64,000 bases of DNA, from NCBI GenBank assembly GCA_902594865.1, contig CACJNV010000002.1, positions 31,121 through 95,120 of the forward strand, in the 5' to 3' direction. The position numbers and the translations under genes were made by a program. Origin of the DNA: an uncultured Pelagibacteraceae bacterium. Its GTDB lineage: Bacteria > Pseudomonadota > Alphaproteobacteria > Pelagibacterales > Pelagibacteraceae. Positions 9,425 to 19,236 of this stretch are shown piece after piece (position 1 is the stretch's first letter; every line of letters begins with the position of its first letter). The notes under the pieces are model-generated. The model ran no database searches and had not been told where the DNA came from. It saw only the letters and a program-made list of their open reading frames with translations.

Positions 9425-10306
9425 ATGAATGATTTAAATTTATTTAAAAAAAATGGCTTTCTTGTTAAAGAAAATCTAATTTCTCAAACAAAGATAAATA
9501 AAATTAATAAAATTGTTAATGAAGTAATTTCAAAAGAAAAAAAAAGAAAAAAAGGTAATGGTGCAAATGGAACTCAGTCCTATGATAATTACCATTTTGT
9601 TTACAATTCAGGTTCTTCAAAAAATAAAGAAATTTTAAGACTAAATAATCCTCAGAACAGACATAAAGTTTTCTATGAATTGTCTAGAGATAAAAAGATT
9701 ATATCTATAGCTAAAAAATTATTAGGTGGAACAGTTAGATTTCATCTAGGTAAATTAAATTTCAAGCTTCCAAATAAGAAAAAAGGTAGTGAAATTGGAT
9801 GGCATCAAGATTGGGCTTTTTACCCTCATACAAACGATGATTTAATTACAGTTGGTATATATTTAGATGATTGTTATGAAAAAAATGGGCCACTTAAAAT
9901 AATAAAGAATTCACACAAAAAGAAATTGTACAGCCACCACAGCAAAGAAAATTATTTTGTTGGAAAAATAGACACTAAGAAAAATAAAATAGGAACTAAA
10001 GATAGTGTTTCTATAACTGGAACGGCTGGAACAGTAGTATTTTTTCATTGTAGATCAGTTCATGGGTCTGGACACAATCAAATGAATAACTCAAGACCGT
10101 TAATTTTATTTGGATATAGAGCTTGTGATGCGTGGCCATTAATCAATGATGGAAACCCTCATCCTGAGGTTAATTTAGATAATTATGACAAAAATATTAT
10201 TGTAGGAAATAAATCAATAAAACCAAGATTGACTAAAGTTCCAACCATAATCCCACTCCCTAAGAAGAAACATTATATTTCTATCTATGAACTTCAAAAA
10301 AATTAA
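9425..10306 (+). CDS. PhyH-family Fe(II)/2-oxoglutarate dioxygenase, substrate unknown
   Basis: F..NGFLV start, KLNFKLP, WHQDW (HxD), NGPL.II..SH, HGSGHN...SR (distal His and 2OG-binding Arg). Confidence 0.88.
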   Translation: MNDLNLFKKNGFLVKENLISQTKINKINKIVNEVISKEKKRKKGNGANGTQSYDNYHFVYNSGSSKNKEILRLNNPQNRHKVFYELSRDKKIISIAKKLLGGTVRFHLGKLNFKLPNKKKGSEIGWHQDWAFYPHTNDDLITVGIYLDDCYEKNGPLKIIKNSHKKKLYSHHSKENYFVGKIDTKKNKIGTKDSVSITGTAGTVVFFHCRSVHGSGHNQMNNSRPLILFGYRACDAWPLINDGNPHPEVNLDNYDKNIIVGNKSIKPRLTKVPTIIPLPKKKHYISIYELQKN

Positions 10307-10389
10307 ACTATAAAATTAAAATCTTTCTTTTAATAACCTGAATATTTTATAAATAGAACAATTATTTAAAAAAATTTAGAGAGGAAATC

Positions 10390-10611
10390 ATGTTTATTAG
10401 AAAATATCTTAAGTGGATAAGTACATTTTTGGTACTAACAGGAATACTTTTAACTAATTTAAATATATATCCATTAAATATATATTTTCATGGATTAGGA
10501 GTTATTGGATGGACTATTGCTGGTTTTATTAGCAAAGATAAGGCTATCTTAACTAATTTTGGATTACAAATACCTTTATTTTTAATAGGAATTTATAAAA
10601 TCATAATTTAA
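10390..10611 (+). CDS. 73-aa three-TM membrane protein (DUF6552-like; SemiSWEET-like pattern)
   Basis: GAGG RBS upstream, three hydrophobic segments, stop overlaps the arsC ATG (TAATG). The family name is from recall and was not searched. Confidence 0.75.
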   Translation: MFIRKYLKWISTFLVLTGILLTNLNIYPLNIYFHGLGVIGWTIAGFISKDKAILTNFGLQIPLFLIGIYKIII

Positions 10612-11045
10612 TGAAAAATATACTGTTTGTATGTACTGGTAATTCTGCAAGAAGCATCATAGCTGAAAGTATTATTAACAATAAATATTCATTTAAGTTT
10701 AAAGCTTATAGTGCTGGTAGTAATCCTACAGGAAAAATTAACGAAAATATCAAATTATATTTAACTAAAATAAAAAATTTTAATCTTGAAAATTATTCTT
10801 CGAAAAATTTTGAAATATTTTTAGATAAGAAATTTAATATAGATCATGTTATTACAGTGTGTAATAATGCAAATAACGAGGTTTGCCCTATATGGCCAAA
10901 TAATAACAAAATTATTCATTGGGATATTGAAGATCCTGTATCAAAATTTAAAAATTCTGATGAAAATCAGATAAACGAAATAATTAATGTGACTTACGAT
11001 AAAATAAATGAAAAAATTAATATTTGGTTAAATAATGAAAATTAA
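10611..11045 (+). CDS. arsC: Arsenate reductase, LMW-PTPase/thioredoxin-coupled type
   Basis: CTGNSARS P-loop, SAGS.P, ITVC......VCP resolving cysteine pair, HW.IEDP. Confidence 0.88.
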   Translation: MKNILFVCTGNSARSIIAESIINNKYSFKFKAYSAGSNPTGKINENIKLYLTKIKNFNLENYSSKNFEIFLDKKFNIDHVITVCNNANNEVCPIWPNNNKIIHWDIEDPVSKFKNSDENQINEIINVTYDKINEKINIWLNNEN

Positions 11046-11685
11046 AAAAAACATATTAATTGGTGAATTTTTAGGAAGTTGTTTTCTTGTCATGATTATT
11101 GTTGGATCTGGGATCATGGCAGAAAATCTAACTAATGATGATGGCATTAGGCTTTTAGCTAATACAATTGCTACTGGAGCTGGATTATTTGTCTTAATTA
11201 CAGCCTTTGCTGATATTTCAGGGGCTCATTTTAATCCTTTTGTAAGTCTTGCGATGTTTTTTAGAAAAAAAATTAATGGTAATCTTTTAAAATATTACAT
11301 TCCTGCACAAATATCTGGTTGTTTATTAGGAGTAATGTTTGCAAATGTCTTTTTTGAACACAGTCTTTTAGAGTTATCAACTAAAAATAGAGATGGGTTA
11401 CATATATTTGTTTCTGAAATTGTGGCAACTTTTGGTCTAATATTTATAATTTTTGCAACTCTAAAGGACGGAAAAACAATAGTTGCTATTAGCGTAGCAA
11501 CATATATTTCCGCAGGCTATTGGTTTACTTCATCAACATCTTTTGCAAATCCAGCTGTATCTTTAGCAAGAACATTTACTGATTCTTTTACAGGAATTAA
11601 TTATCTTAATACGCCAACATATATTTTAGCTGAGTTTATTGGATTAATTTTAGCAGCGTATATTCTTAAAATTGTTTATAAATAA
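11035..11685 (+). CDS. MIP-family channel, AqpS-like arsenite channel
   Basis: EFLG, SGAHFNPFVS, WFTSSTSFANPAVSLAR; overlaps arsC. Confidence 0.85.
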   Translation: MKIKKNILIGEFLGSCFLVMIIVGSGIMAENLTNDDGIRLLANTIATGAGLFVLITAFADISGAHFNPFVSLAMFFRKKINGNLLKYYIPAQISGCLLGVMFANVFFEHSLLELSTKNRDGLHIFVSEIVATFGLIFIIFATLKDGKTIVAISVATYISAGYWFTSSTSFANPAVSLARTFTDSFTGINYLNTPTYILAEFIGLILAAYILKIVYK

Positions 11686-11752
11686 CACAACTTCTACATG
11701 TAAAATATATATAATTTTGTTTACATAATTTTGAAATAATATACTTAAGACG

Positions 11753-11868
11753 AATCTACTCTTGCTTTCCAAAATAATTAAATTCATTTGTAGATTTATC
11801 CCTAGCTTGTAATAATGATCAATAAATCTTCGTGTTGATTCTCAAATAAATAAATTTAATCGTAGATT
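11753..11868. repeat. Two tandem 44-bp units, each AATCT(A/T)C-N30-GTAGATT, at a 72-bp period
   Basis: Units at 11753-11796 and 11825-11868; 31 of 44 positions identical without gaps by hand alignment. Confidence 0.7.
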
Positions 11869-11946
11869 ATTTTCTCTTTAATGAATATTTACATTCTCAA
11901 GTCATTATTAGACAGAACCGAAAACAATAATATTTAGGAGAAAAAA

Positions 11947-12912
11947 ATGGATATGACTTTAGTATATACAGTTATAGGGTTTGCCCTTGCTGGATATAGC
12001 GTAATCGCTAACGACTCAATTCAAACACTTGGTACCTTTATAGCTTCAAAAAAGAAGTGGTTTAAGTGGTACGTACTAGCTGGATCGGCATCAGCAGTTA
12101 TGATTTTTGCTTTAGCTTGGGGGTGGTATGCGTATGATGGTGATATTTCTTACGGAAGATTAACTAGAATACCTTATCAAGAGATTCAATGGTATCATGC
12201 AGTAGCACCTGCAATACTATTATTATTAACGAGAATTGGAATACCTGTATCAACGACCTTTTTAGTTCTTTCAGCATTTGCTTCAACAGTTGTGCTTGAA
12301 AAAATGTTGTTAAAAAGCGTTGTAGGTTACGGATTGGCAGCAATGGTTGCTTATATAGCCTGGATATTGGTATCAAAGTTCATTAATGAAAAATTTGATG
12401 AAGTAGACCAAAAATGGATAGGTTTTTGGAGAAATGCAGTATGGGTTTCTTCAGGTTGGTTATGGTGGGTATGGTTATCTCACGATGTAGCTAATATTGC
12501 AGTCTATCTACCTAGACAATTAGACTTAACGTTGCTTTTAATTGTTATGGCTTATTTTACTTCATTATTATTTTACATTTTCTACATTCAAGGTGGACCA
12601 ATTCAAAAAGTTGTTCTTGAAAAAACAGGAACAAGATATGCAAGATCAGCTACAATTATTAACGTAATTTATGCTGGAGTTTTATTCTACTTTAAAGAGC
12701 TAAATGATTTACCAATGTCAACAACGTGGGTATTCGTTGGTCTATTGTGTGGTAGAGAACTTGCAATATCTACAATGAACAAAGAATATAAATTTAAGTA
12801 TGTCTTTCCATTAATTGGTAAGGACTTTCTTAAAATGATTTTTGGATTAAGTGTTTCAGTAGGTATCGTTTTAGCGATCCACTACATAATTATTCCAAAC
12901 AATTGGTTTTAA
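11947..12912 (+). CDS. Polytopic membrane protein, divergent PiT/PHO4-like phosphate(/sulfate) permease
   Basis: Two-fold internal repeat: ANDSIQTLGT...PVSTT and SHDVANIA...PMSTT resemble the PiT GANDVAN / PxSxT signatures. AGGAG RBS. Confidence 0.65.
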   Translation: MDMTLVYTVIGFALAGYSVIANDSIQTLGTFIASKKKWFKWYVLAGSASAVMIFALAWGWYAYDGDISYGRLTRIPYQEIQWYHAVAPAILLLLTRIGIPVSTTFLVLSAFASTVVLEKMLLKSVVGYGLAAMVAYIAWILVSKFINEKFDEVDQKWIGFWRNAVWVSSGWLWWVWLSHDVANIAVYLPRQLDLTLLLIVMAYFTSLLFYIFYIQGGPIQKVVLEKTGTRYARSATIINVIYAGVLFYFKELNDLPMSTTWVFVGLLCGRELAISTMNKEYKFKYVFPLIGKDFLKMIFGLSVSVGIVLAIHYIIIPNNWF

Positions 12913-12921
12913 ATAAATCTT

Positions 12922-12954
12922 TATGGTCGTGTTATATTATTTAACACGGCCATA
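12922..12954. terminator. Hairpin between the convergent PiT-like gene and manC (probably bidirectional terminator)
   Basis: TATGGTCGTGTTA / TAACACGGCCATA, 13-bp stem with one wobble and a 7-nt loop containing the manC stop. Confidence 0.65.
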
Positions 12955-14142
12955 TACATCCTGATATCTTACAATATCACTTTCCTTCAAAATTGAGCCA
13001 ACTTGAGCTTCAACAATTTTAACAGGTTTTTTTCCTGAGTTTTGAACTCTATGGATTGCTTCTAATGGAATGAATATATGTTCACCTGGCTTTTTAATTA
13101 TAATATCTTTATTAAGAGTTATTTTTGCATTTCCTTGTGTGACCAACCAATGTTCAGCTCTGTGATGATGTTTTTGTAAACTTAAAATGCCTTTTGGTTT
13201 TACATATAACTCTTTAATTAAAAACTCTTTGCCCTCAAATAAATTCGTGTATCTACCCCATGGACGGTAATAGACATTTTTTTTCTTAATATATTTGTTT
13301 TTATTTTTGTCATACATCTTCAAAATTTCTTTCCAACTACCAAGATCTGACCAAGGAATGTCTAATTTGATAGCGTTAATTTGTTTAGTTTTTTCTAGAA
13401 TTGCATAATCAAATGATTTGGCAGTCGCTTTTATGAATGAAGCTTTATTTAGATAATATGTATTAGCCTTATATTTTGCTTTGCTAACTGCATCTAAACA
13501 ATTTCTGTAAGTTTTGGGCTGATATTTTTTAAAGTTATTAATAATAGAATCTTTTCTAAGATAAAACATTCCAGAATTCCAATAGCCTTTATTCTTTATA
13601 ATTTGTTTGGCCTTAGCTTCTTTTGGTTTTTCAATAAATCTAGTTACTTTATTAATATTACCTTTGATTTTTTTAGTTAAAAAATAACCATATTCGCTAG
13701 ATGGTGAGCTTGGTTTTATCCCAAATATAAATATATTTTGATCACTTAAATTCTTTTTGTTTTTATTAATAGCCTTATTAAAAATACTCATCTTTTCAAT
13801 TAAATGATCTGCTGAAAAAAACATTAAAGGTTGATTGTCTGGAATGTCTTTAATCAAAGCCGTACTTAATATAGCTGGTGCAGTGTTTCTTTTTGCTGGT
13901 TCTAGAACAATTTTGTAATTATTTATTTTATACTTTCTAAGATGTTGTTTTATTTGTTTAAGATATTTTTTATTTGTACTTATAACTGGAGCATCAAATA
14001 TTGATGCTTTTGTTCTCTCAAGTGTTTTTCCAAGCAAAGTCCAACTACCAAAATCAATAAACTGTTTTGCTTGATGATTTTTAGAATTTGGCCAAAGTCG
14101 AATTCCAGCACCTCCACATAAAATGACTGGACGAATTTTCAT
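12937..14142 (-). CDS. manC: Mannose-1-phosphate guanylyltransferase / mannose-6-phosphate isomerase
   Basis: ILCGGAGIRLWP, EP..RNTAPA, FIEKP, WNSGMF, WSDLGSW, RPWG, SLQKHHHRAEHW cupin. Confidence 0.93.
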   Translation of the reverse strand: MKIRPVILCGGAGIRLWPNSKNHQAKQFIDFGSWTLLGKTLERTKASIFDAPVISTNKKYLKQIKQHLRKYKINNYKIVLEPAKRNTAPAILSTALIKDIPDNQPLMFFSADHLIEKMSIFNKAINKNKKNLSDQNIFIFGIKPSSPSSEYGYFLTKKIKGNINKVTRFIEKPKEAKAKQIIKNKGYWNSGMFYLRKDSIINNFKKYQPKTYRNCLDAVSKAKYKANTYYLNKASFIKATAKSFDYAILEKTKQINAIKLDIPWSDLGSWKEILKMYDKNKNKYIKKKNVYYRPWGRYTNLFEGKEFLIKELYVKPKGILSLQKHHHRAEHWLVTQGNAKITLNKDIIIKKPGEHIFIPLEAIHRVQNSGKKPVKIVEAQVGSILKESDIVRYQDVYGRVK

Positions 14143-15860
14143 TAAATCTCTGAATAATCCTTAACTTCTTTTTTCTTACCTGGATGAGTTGGTGCTCCTA
14201 AATATGCAGGTCCAACTGTTTGTGCATATTTCCATAAAGTACCTGAACCAAAATCTGATTTTCTAGCTTTCCATTTTCTTTTTCTTGCGGCCATTTCTTT
14301 TTTAGAAAGTCTTACATTTATAGTTCCTTTTTTGGCATCGATATCAATGATATCTCCTGTACGTAAAAGGCCTATAGGACCCCCTAGAGCGGCCTCAGGG
14401 CCTACGTGACCGACACAAAAGCCTCTTGTGGCTCCAGAGAACCTACCGTCTGTAATAAGGGCTACTTTCTCCCCTTTTCCCTGTCCATAAATTGCACTTG
14501 TTGTAGATAACATTTCTCTCATACCTGGACCTCCAACAGGTCCTTCGTATCTAATTATAATTACATCACCATCGTTATACTTTTTGCTTTGAACAGCTTT
14601 CATTGCACTTTCCTCATTTTCAAAGCATCTTGCTTTACCTGTAAATTGTAATTTTTTTAGTCCAGCAACTTTAACAATTGCACCTTCTGGTGCTAGATTT
14701 CCTTTTAATCCAACAACACCTCCTGTTGGTGATAACGGATTTTTATAAGATCTCATTACTTTTTGTCTTGGATTAAATTTAATTCCTTTTAAATTTTCCT
14801 TCATAGTTTTTCCTGTAACCGTCATGCAATCACCATGAATATATCCACCTTCATATAGAGTTTTTAATAACATTGGAACACCACCTGCTAACCACATATC
14901 TTTTGCAACATATTTTCCACCTGGTTTTAAATCTGCAAGATAAGGTGTTCTTTTAAAAATTTTAGCAACATCCATTAAATCAAATTTAATTCCTGCTTCA
15001 TTTGCAATAGCAGGTAAATGTAATCCTGCATTTGTAGAACCACCAGTTGCAGCAACAACTGTTGCAGCATTTTCTAAAGCTTTTCTTGTAACTATATCTC
15101 TTGGTTTAATTCCTTTTTTCAAAAGGTTCATAACCGTTTTACCACTAGCTTTTGCGTATTTATCTCTTTCCTCATATGGAGCTGGTGTTCCAGCTGAATA
15201 AGGTAATGCTAATCCAATTGCTTCAGATACACATGCCATTGTATTTGCTGTGAATTGTCCTCCGCAAGCACCTGCGCTTGGACAAGCAACTAATTCTAAT
15301 TTTCTAAGTTCTGCAGCAGACATTTGACCTGTTGAGTGTTTTCCAACTGCCTCAAATACATCTACAACTGTTACGTCTTTCCCTTTATATTTGCCTGGAA
15401 GGATTGATCCACCATATATAAATACACTTGGTACATTTAATCTAACCATAGACATCATTAGACCTGGTAAGGATTTATCACATCCTGCAATACCAACTAA
15501 GGCATCATAACAATGACCTCTAACCGTAAGTTCAGCTGAATCAGCGATTACTTCTCTAGATATCAGTGAAGACTTCATTCCTTCATGCCCCATTGCGATA
15601 CCATCAGTAACGGTAATTGTACAAAATTCTCTTGGAGTTCCACCATTTGTTCTAACTCCTTTTTTAACTGATTGAGCCTGTCTCATTAGAGCAATATTAC
15701 ATGGAGCTGCCTCATTCCAGGTAGAAACTACACCAACAAAAGGTTTTGCTACGTCTTTCTCAGTTTCTCCCATAGCATAATAAAACGATCTGTGTGGAGC
15801 TCTATCTGCCCCTAATGATGTATGTCTGCTTGGAAGTTTCTTTTTATTGAATTTAGCCAT
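14142..15860 (-). CDS. ilvD: Dihydroxy-acid dehydratase
   Basis: [42 protein letters not shown]. Confidence 0.97.
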   Translation of the reverse strand: MAKFNKKKLPSRHTSLGADRAPHRSFYYAMGETEKDVAKPFVGVVSTWNEAAPCNIALMRQAQSVKKGVRTNGGTPREFCTITVTDGIAMGHEGMKSSLISREVIADSAELTVRGHCYDALVGIAGCDKSLPGLMMSMVRLNVPSVFIYGGSILPGKYKGKDVTVVDVFEAVGKHSTGQMSAAELRKLELVACPSAGACGGQFTANTMACVSEAIGLALPYSAGTPAPYEERDKYAKASGKTVMNLLKKGIKPRDIVTRKALENAATVVAATGGSTNAGLHLPAIANEAGIKFDLMDVAKIFKRTPYLADLKPGGKYVAKDMWLAGGVPMLLKTLYEGGYIHGDCMTVTGKTMKENLKGIKFNPRQKVMRSYKNPLSPTGGVVGLKGNLAPEGAIVKVAGLKKLQFTGKARCFENEESAMKAVQSKKYNDGDVIIIRYEGPVGGPGMREMLSTTSAIYGQGKGEKVALITDGRFSGATRGFCVGHVGPEAALGGPIGLLRTGDIIDIDAKKGTINVRLSKKEMAARKRKWKARKSDFGSGTLWKYAQTVGPAYLGAPTHPGKKKEVKDYSEI

Positions 15861-18487
15861 TATATACCCTTTATTGTTACTGATATTTTCTCAATATCAT
15901 TCTTTAAATTATTATAATTATTTTTTTCTTGTTCAACAATCTCTTTTGGAGCTCGATCTACGAAACTTTTATTCTCTAATCTTTGAGATATTTTATTCAT
16001 CTCTTGCTCTAATCTACTTTGTTTATTTTTTAAATTTTCTTTGATTAATTTTAAATCAACATCTTTATCAAAATAAATCTTAAACAAATCACCAGAAACA
16101 ACCATTGTCGCAGCTGGTTTATCTAAATCTTTATCTAATATACTATTTATTCTTCCTAGTTTTTTTAGAATAATTTCATTTGTATTAATAAAGTCTTTTT
16201 GATTTTTATTAATATTACTTATTGATACATCAATAAATGAGCCTGGGCTTACATTTAGCTCATTTTTAAATGATCTAATCTCCGAAATAATATTGATGAT
16301 GTTTTCAACCTGTTCAGTGCTACTATCCTTATTTATTTCACCTGATAACCAGTTTTTAAGCATCAAATAATCACTACCGTCATTATCAAATTTGTTTTTA
16401 AGCCAAATTTCTTCTGTAACGAAAGGAATAAAAGGATGTAACAAAATCAAAATTTGTTTGAATACATAAGATGATACTTTTTTAACCTCTGCTTTAGCTT
16501 TTTCATCTTCTGAAAATAGTATTGTTTTAGATAGTTCTAAATACCAATCACAATACGAATGCCATGCAAATTGATAGGCATTTTTAGCAGCCTCATCAAA
16601 TCTATAATCTTCAAGGTTTTTTTCTATCTTATTTTTGGTTTCAACAAGTTCTGAATAGATCCATTTGTTTATATTTACATTTAAATTTGCAATTTTATCT
16701 ATATCTTTAAAATCACACTCATTAGTGATCAAAAAATTATTTGCATTCCATAATTTATTTAAAAAATTTCTATAACCTTTAACTCTATCTTCAGAAAGCT
16801 TAACATCAGTACCTGGTGAGGCCATTGATAACAAAGTAAATCTAAGAGCATCTGCGCTATATTTTTCAATTAAATCTAAAGGATCAATTACATTACCTTT
16901 TGATTTAGACATTTTTTGTCCCTTCTCATCTCTAACCAATGCATGAACATAAATATCTTTAAATGGTTCTTTGTTTAAAAATTCTGTACCAAACATTATC
17001 ATTCTAGCAACCCAGAAAAATATAATATCAAAACCTGTAACTAGTACTGATGTTGGATAAAATTTATCTACGTATTTTTTATCATCTGGCCAACCAAGTG
17101 TAGCAAAAGGCCATAAACCAGATGAGAACCAAGTATCTAAAACATCTGGATCACGATTTAATTCAACATCTTTACCGTAATGTTTTTTAGCTTGTTGTTT
17201 TGCATCATCTTCATTTTCAGCAACAAAAATTTTTTCATCAGGACCATACCAAGCAGGTATTTGATGGCCCCACCAAAGCTGTCTTGAAATACACCATGGT
17301 TCAATATTATTCATCCATTGGAAATAAGTTTTTGACCAATTCTCAGGAAAGAAATTTGTTTTTTTTGAGTTAACAACTTCTTTAGCTTTGACCGATAGTT
17401 TACCCGCATCAGCAAACCATTGCTCTGTTAAGAAAGGTTCGATTATTGAATTAGATCTATCTCCATAAGGAACTTTGTTTTTAATATTTTCTTCTTTTAC
17501 AAAAAATTCTTTTTCTTTAAGCTCTTTTAAAATTCTTTTTCTTGCTTCAAACCTATCAAGACCTACATAATTTTCTGGAGCGTTTTCATTTATTTTACCA
17601 GCTTCAGTAAAAATATTAATTATTTCAAGATTGTTTCTTTGACCAACGTCATAGTCATTAAAATCATGAGCTGGAGTTATTTTTAATGCTCCAGTTCCTT
17701 GCTCAGGATCCGCATAATCATCTTCAATAATTTTTATTTTTCTTCCAACAATTGGAATAGTAGCTGTTTTTCCAACAAAGGATTTAAATCGTTCATCTTT
17801 TGGATTTACAGCTATAGCTGTATCACCAAGCATAGTTTCAGGTCTTGTTGTTGCAATTGTAATAAATTCTTCAGTCCCATCTAATGGATATCTAATGTAA
17901 TAAATTTTAGAATTTACCTCTCTTTGATCTACTTCTAAGTCTGAAATAGCTGTTTTTAAAACTGTATCCCAGTTTACTAATTTCTTATCTTTATAGATTA
18001 GACCTTTGTTGTAAAGATCTACAAAAACCTTAATTACTGATTTGGATAAATTCTCATCCATAGTGAAGGCGTTTCTTGACCAATCACAAGAACAACCAAG
18101 TTTTTTTAATTGGTTAATTATTATGTCTCCATATTGCTCTTTCCACTCCCAAACTTTTTCAATGAATTTTTCTCTACCAATTGCATTTTTATCAATTTTT
18201 TCAGAAGTCAATTTTTTCTCTACTAAAGCCTGTGTGGCAATACCTGCATGGTCAGTACCAGGTTGCCATAACGTTTCAAAATTATTCATTCTATGATAAC
18301 GAACTAACAAATCTTGAATTGAATTATTTAATGCATGACCCATATGTAAACTTCCAGTTACATTTGGTGGAGGAATTACAATTGAGAATTTTTTTGAATT
18401 TTCTTTAGGTTTAAAAAGACCATTTTTCTCCCAATAAGAATAAATTCTATTTTCTACATCAGAATGTATATATTTATCGCTACTCAT
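15860..18487 (-). CDS. valS: Valine--tRNA ligase
   Basis: [39 protein letters not shown]. Confidence 0.98.
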   Translation of the reverse strand: MSSDKYIHSDVENRIYSYWEKNGLFKPKENSKKFSIVIPPPNVTGSLHMGHALNNSIQDLLVRYHRMNNFETLWQPGTDHAGIATQALVEKKLTSEKIDKNAIGREKFIEKVWEWKEQYGDIIINQLKKLGCSCDWSRNAFTMDENLSKSVIKVFVDLYNKGLIYKDKKLVNWDTVLKTAISDLEVDQREVNSKIYYIRYPLDGTEEFITIATTRPETMLGDTAIAVNPKDERFKSFVGKTATIPIVGRKIKIIEDDYADPEQGTGALKITPAHDFNDYDVGQRNNLEIINIFTEAGKINENAPENYVGLDRFEARKRILKELKEKEFFVKEENIKNKVPYGDRSNSIIEPFLTEQWFADAGKLSVKAKEVVNSKKTNFFPENWSKTYFQWMNNIEPWCISRQLWWGHQIPAWYGPDEKIFVAENEDDAKQQAKKHYGKDVELNRDPDVLDTWFSSGLWPFATLGWPDDKKYVDKFYPTSVLVTGFDIIFFWVARMIMFGTEFLNKEPFKDIYVHALVRDEKGQKMSKSKGNVIDPLDLIEKYSADALRFTLLSMASPGTDVKLSEDRVKGYRNFLNKLWNANNFLITNECDFKDIDKIANLNVNINKWIYSELVETKNKIEKNLEDYRFDEAAKNAYQFAWHSYCDWYLELSKTILFSEDEKAKAEVKKVSSYVFKQILILLHPFIPFVTEEIWLKNKFDNDGSDYLMLKNWLSGEINKDSSTEQVENIINIISEIRSFKNELNVSPGSFIDVSISNINKNQKDFINTNEIILKKLGRINSILDKDLDKPAATMVVSGDLFKIYFDKDVDLKLIKENLKNKQSRLEQEMNKISQRLENKSFVDRAPKEIVEQEKNNYNNLKNDIEKISVTIKGI

Positions 18488-18611
18488 TGATTTTAAAGTT
18501 TATAATTTAATAATCTAAATTAACAATAATCAATTTGGATCGTTATTTAATAGACTAATAGAAAAAATTTATTATAAAAAGGCATCTGTAGCTATTAGCT
18601 AAAAATAAGAT

Positions 18612-18685
18612 GGCAACGTGGCGGAATGGTTACGCAGAGGATTGCAAATCCTTGTATCCCGGTTCGATTCCGGGCGTTGCCTCCA
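18612..18685 (+). tRNA. tRNA-Cys (GCA)
   Basis: GGCAACG/CGTTGCC acceptor stem, anticodon loop TTGCAAA, GGTTCGATTCC T-arm, U discriminator plus CCA. Confidence 0.96.
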
Positions 18686-18735
18686 AAAAAAATCTTGTTT
18701 TAGTTATAAAAAAAAGTAAGTTTGCTTTTTTACAT

Positions 18736-18811
18736 TCCTCGGTAGCTCAGTTGGTAGAGCAGTTGACTGTTAATCAATTGGTCGCAGGTTCGAGTCCTGC
18801 CCGAGGAGCCA
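18736..18811 (+). tRNA. tRNA-Asn (GTT)
   Basis: TCCTCGG/CCGAGGA acceptor stem, loop CTGTTAA, GGTTCGAGTCC, encoded CCA. Confidence 0.97.
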
Positions 18812-18864
18812 AAAAAAATAATTAACAGTTTAAAAATTAACTTGGGGTCAGATATAAATTAATT

Positions 18865-19236
18865 TTAAACTGCTTTTGATATTCCTGATCCTGAAATTTG
18901 TAAGGATTTATTAAACTTTAATTTTTGATCAGCATTAAGCTCTGAATATAATTTTACCAAAAAATTATAATTAACATTCATGTGACCTTCTTGAGATTTT
19001 TCTAGATTTACTAAATATTCTGAAAAATCTTCAAAAAAATAATTAATTGGTACTTTTAAATAATTCGCAAGTTGAAGTAATCTAATTGAACTTACTCCAT
19101 TAGTACCTTTCTCATATTTTTGTATTTGTTGGAATGTTACATTTATTGCTTTTGCAACTTTAGTCTGTGTCAAACCTAAAGCTAATCTTCTTAGCTTAAG
19201 CTTATTGCCTAAGTGTTTATTGAAATTATCTTCCAT
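18865..19236 (-). CDS. XRE-family HTH transcriptional regulator (PhrR/PraR-like)
   Basis: LGLTQTKVA..INVTFQQIQKYEKGTN...L..LA.YL.VPINYFFE. Confidence 0.88.
   Translation of the reverse strand: MEDNFNKHLGNKLKLRRLALGLTQTKVAKAINVTFQQIQKYEKGTNGVSSIRLLQLANYLKVPINYFFEDFSEYLVNLEKSQEGHMNVNYNFLVKLYSELNADQKLKFNKSLQISGSGISKAV

Noticed and set aside
11650-11790. Short minus-strand ORF (about 45 aa, MNLIILESKSRF...) in the gap before the PiT-like gene
   Set aside because: No convincing RBS or motif, and it runs into the MIP gene antisense; expected by chance.
11749-11870. CRISPR-like reading: TCTACTCTTG and GTAGAT resemble a Cas12a repeat, and the period is 72 bp
   Set aside because: Only two degenerate units, arms 30 nt apart rather than a tight hairpin, and no cas genes. 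Kept only as an unexplained repeat.
12929-12947. Zur-box-like GTTATATTAT...TAAC
   Set aside because: Spacing is off by 2 bp and it lies between convergent 3' ends; better explained as the terminator hairpin.
18610-18825. 71-aa ORF in the track
   Set aside because: It is a translation of tRNA-Cys and tRNA-Asn.
18612-19236. tRNAs next to an XRE regulator as a possible prophage or island junction
   Set aside because: No integrase, no duplicated tRNA 3' end noticed, and the regulator belongs to a conserved chromosomal alphaproteobacterial family.
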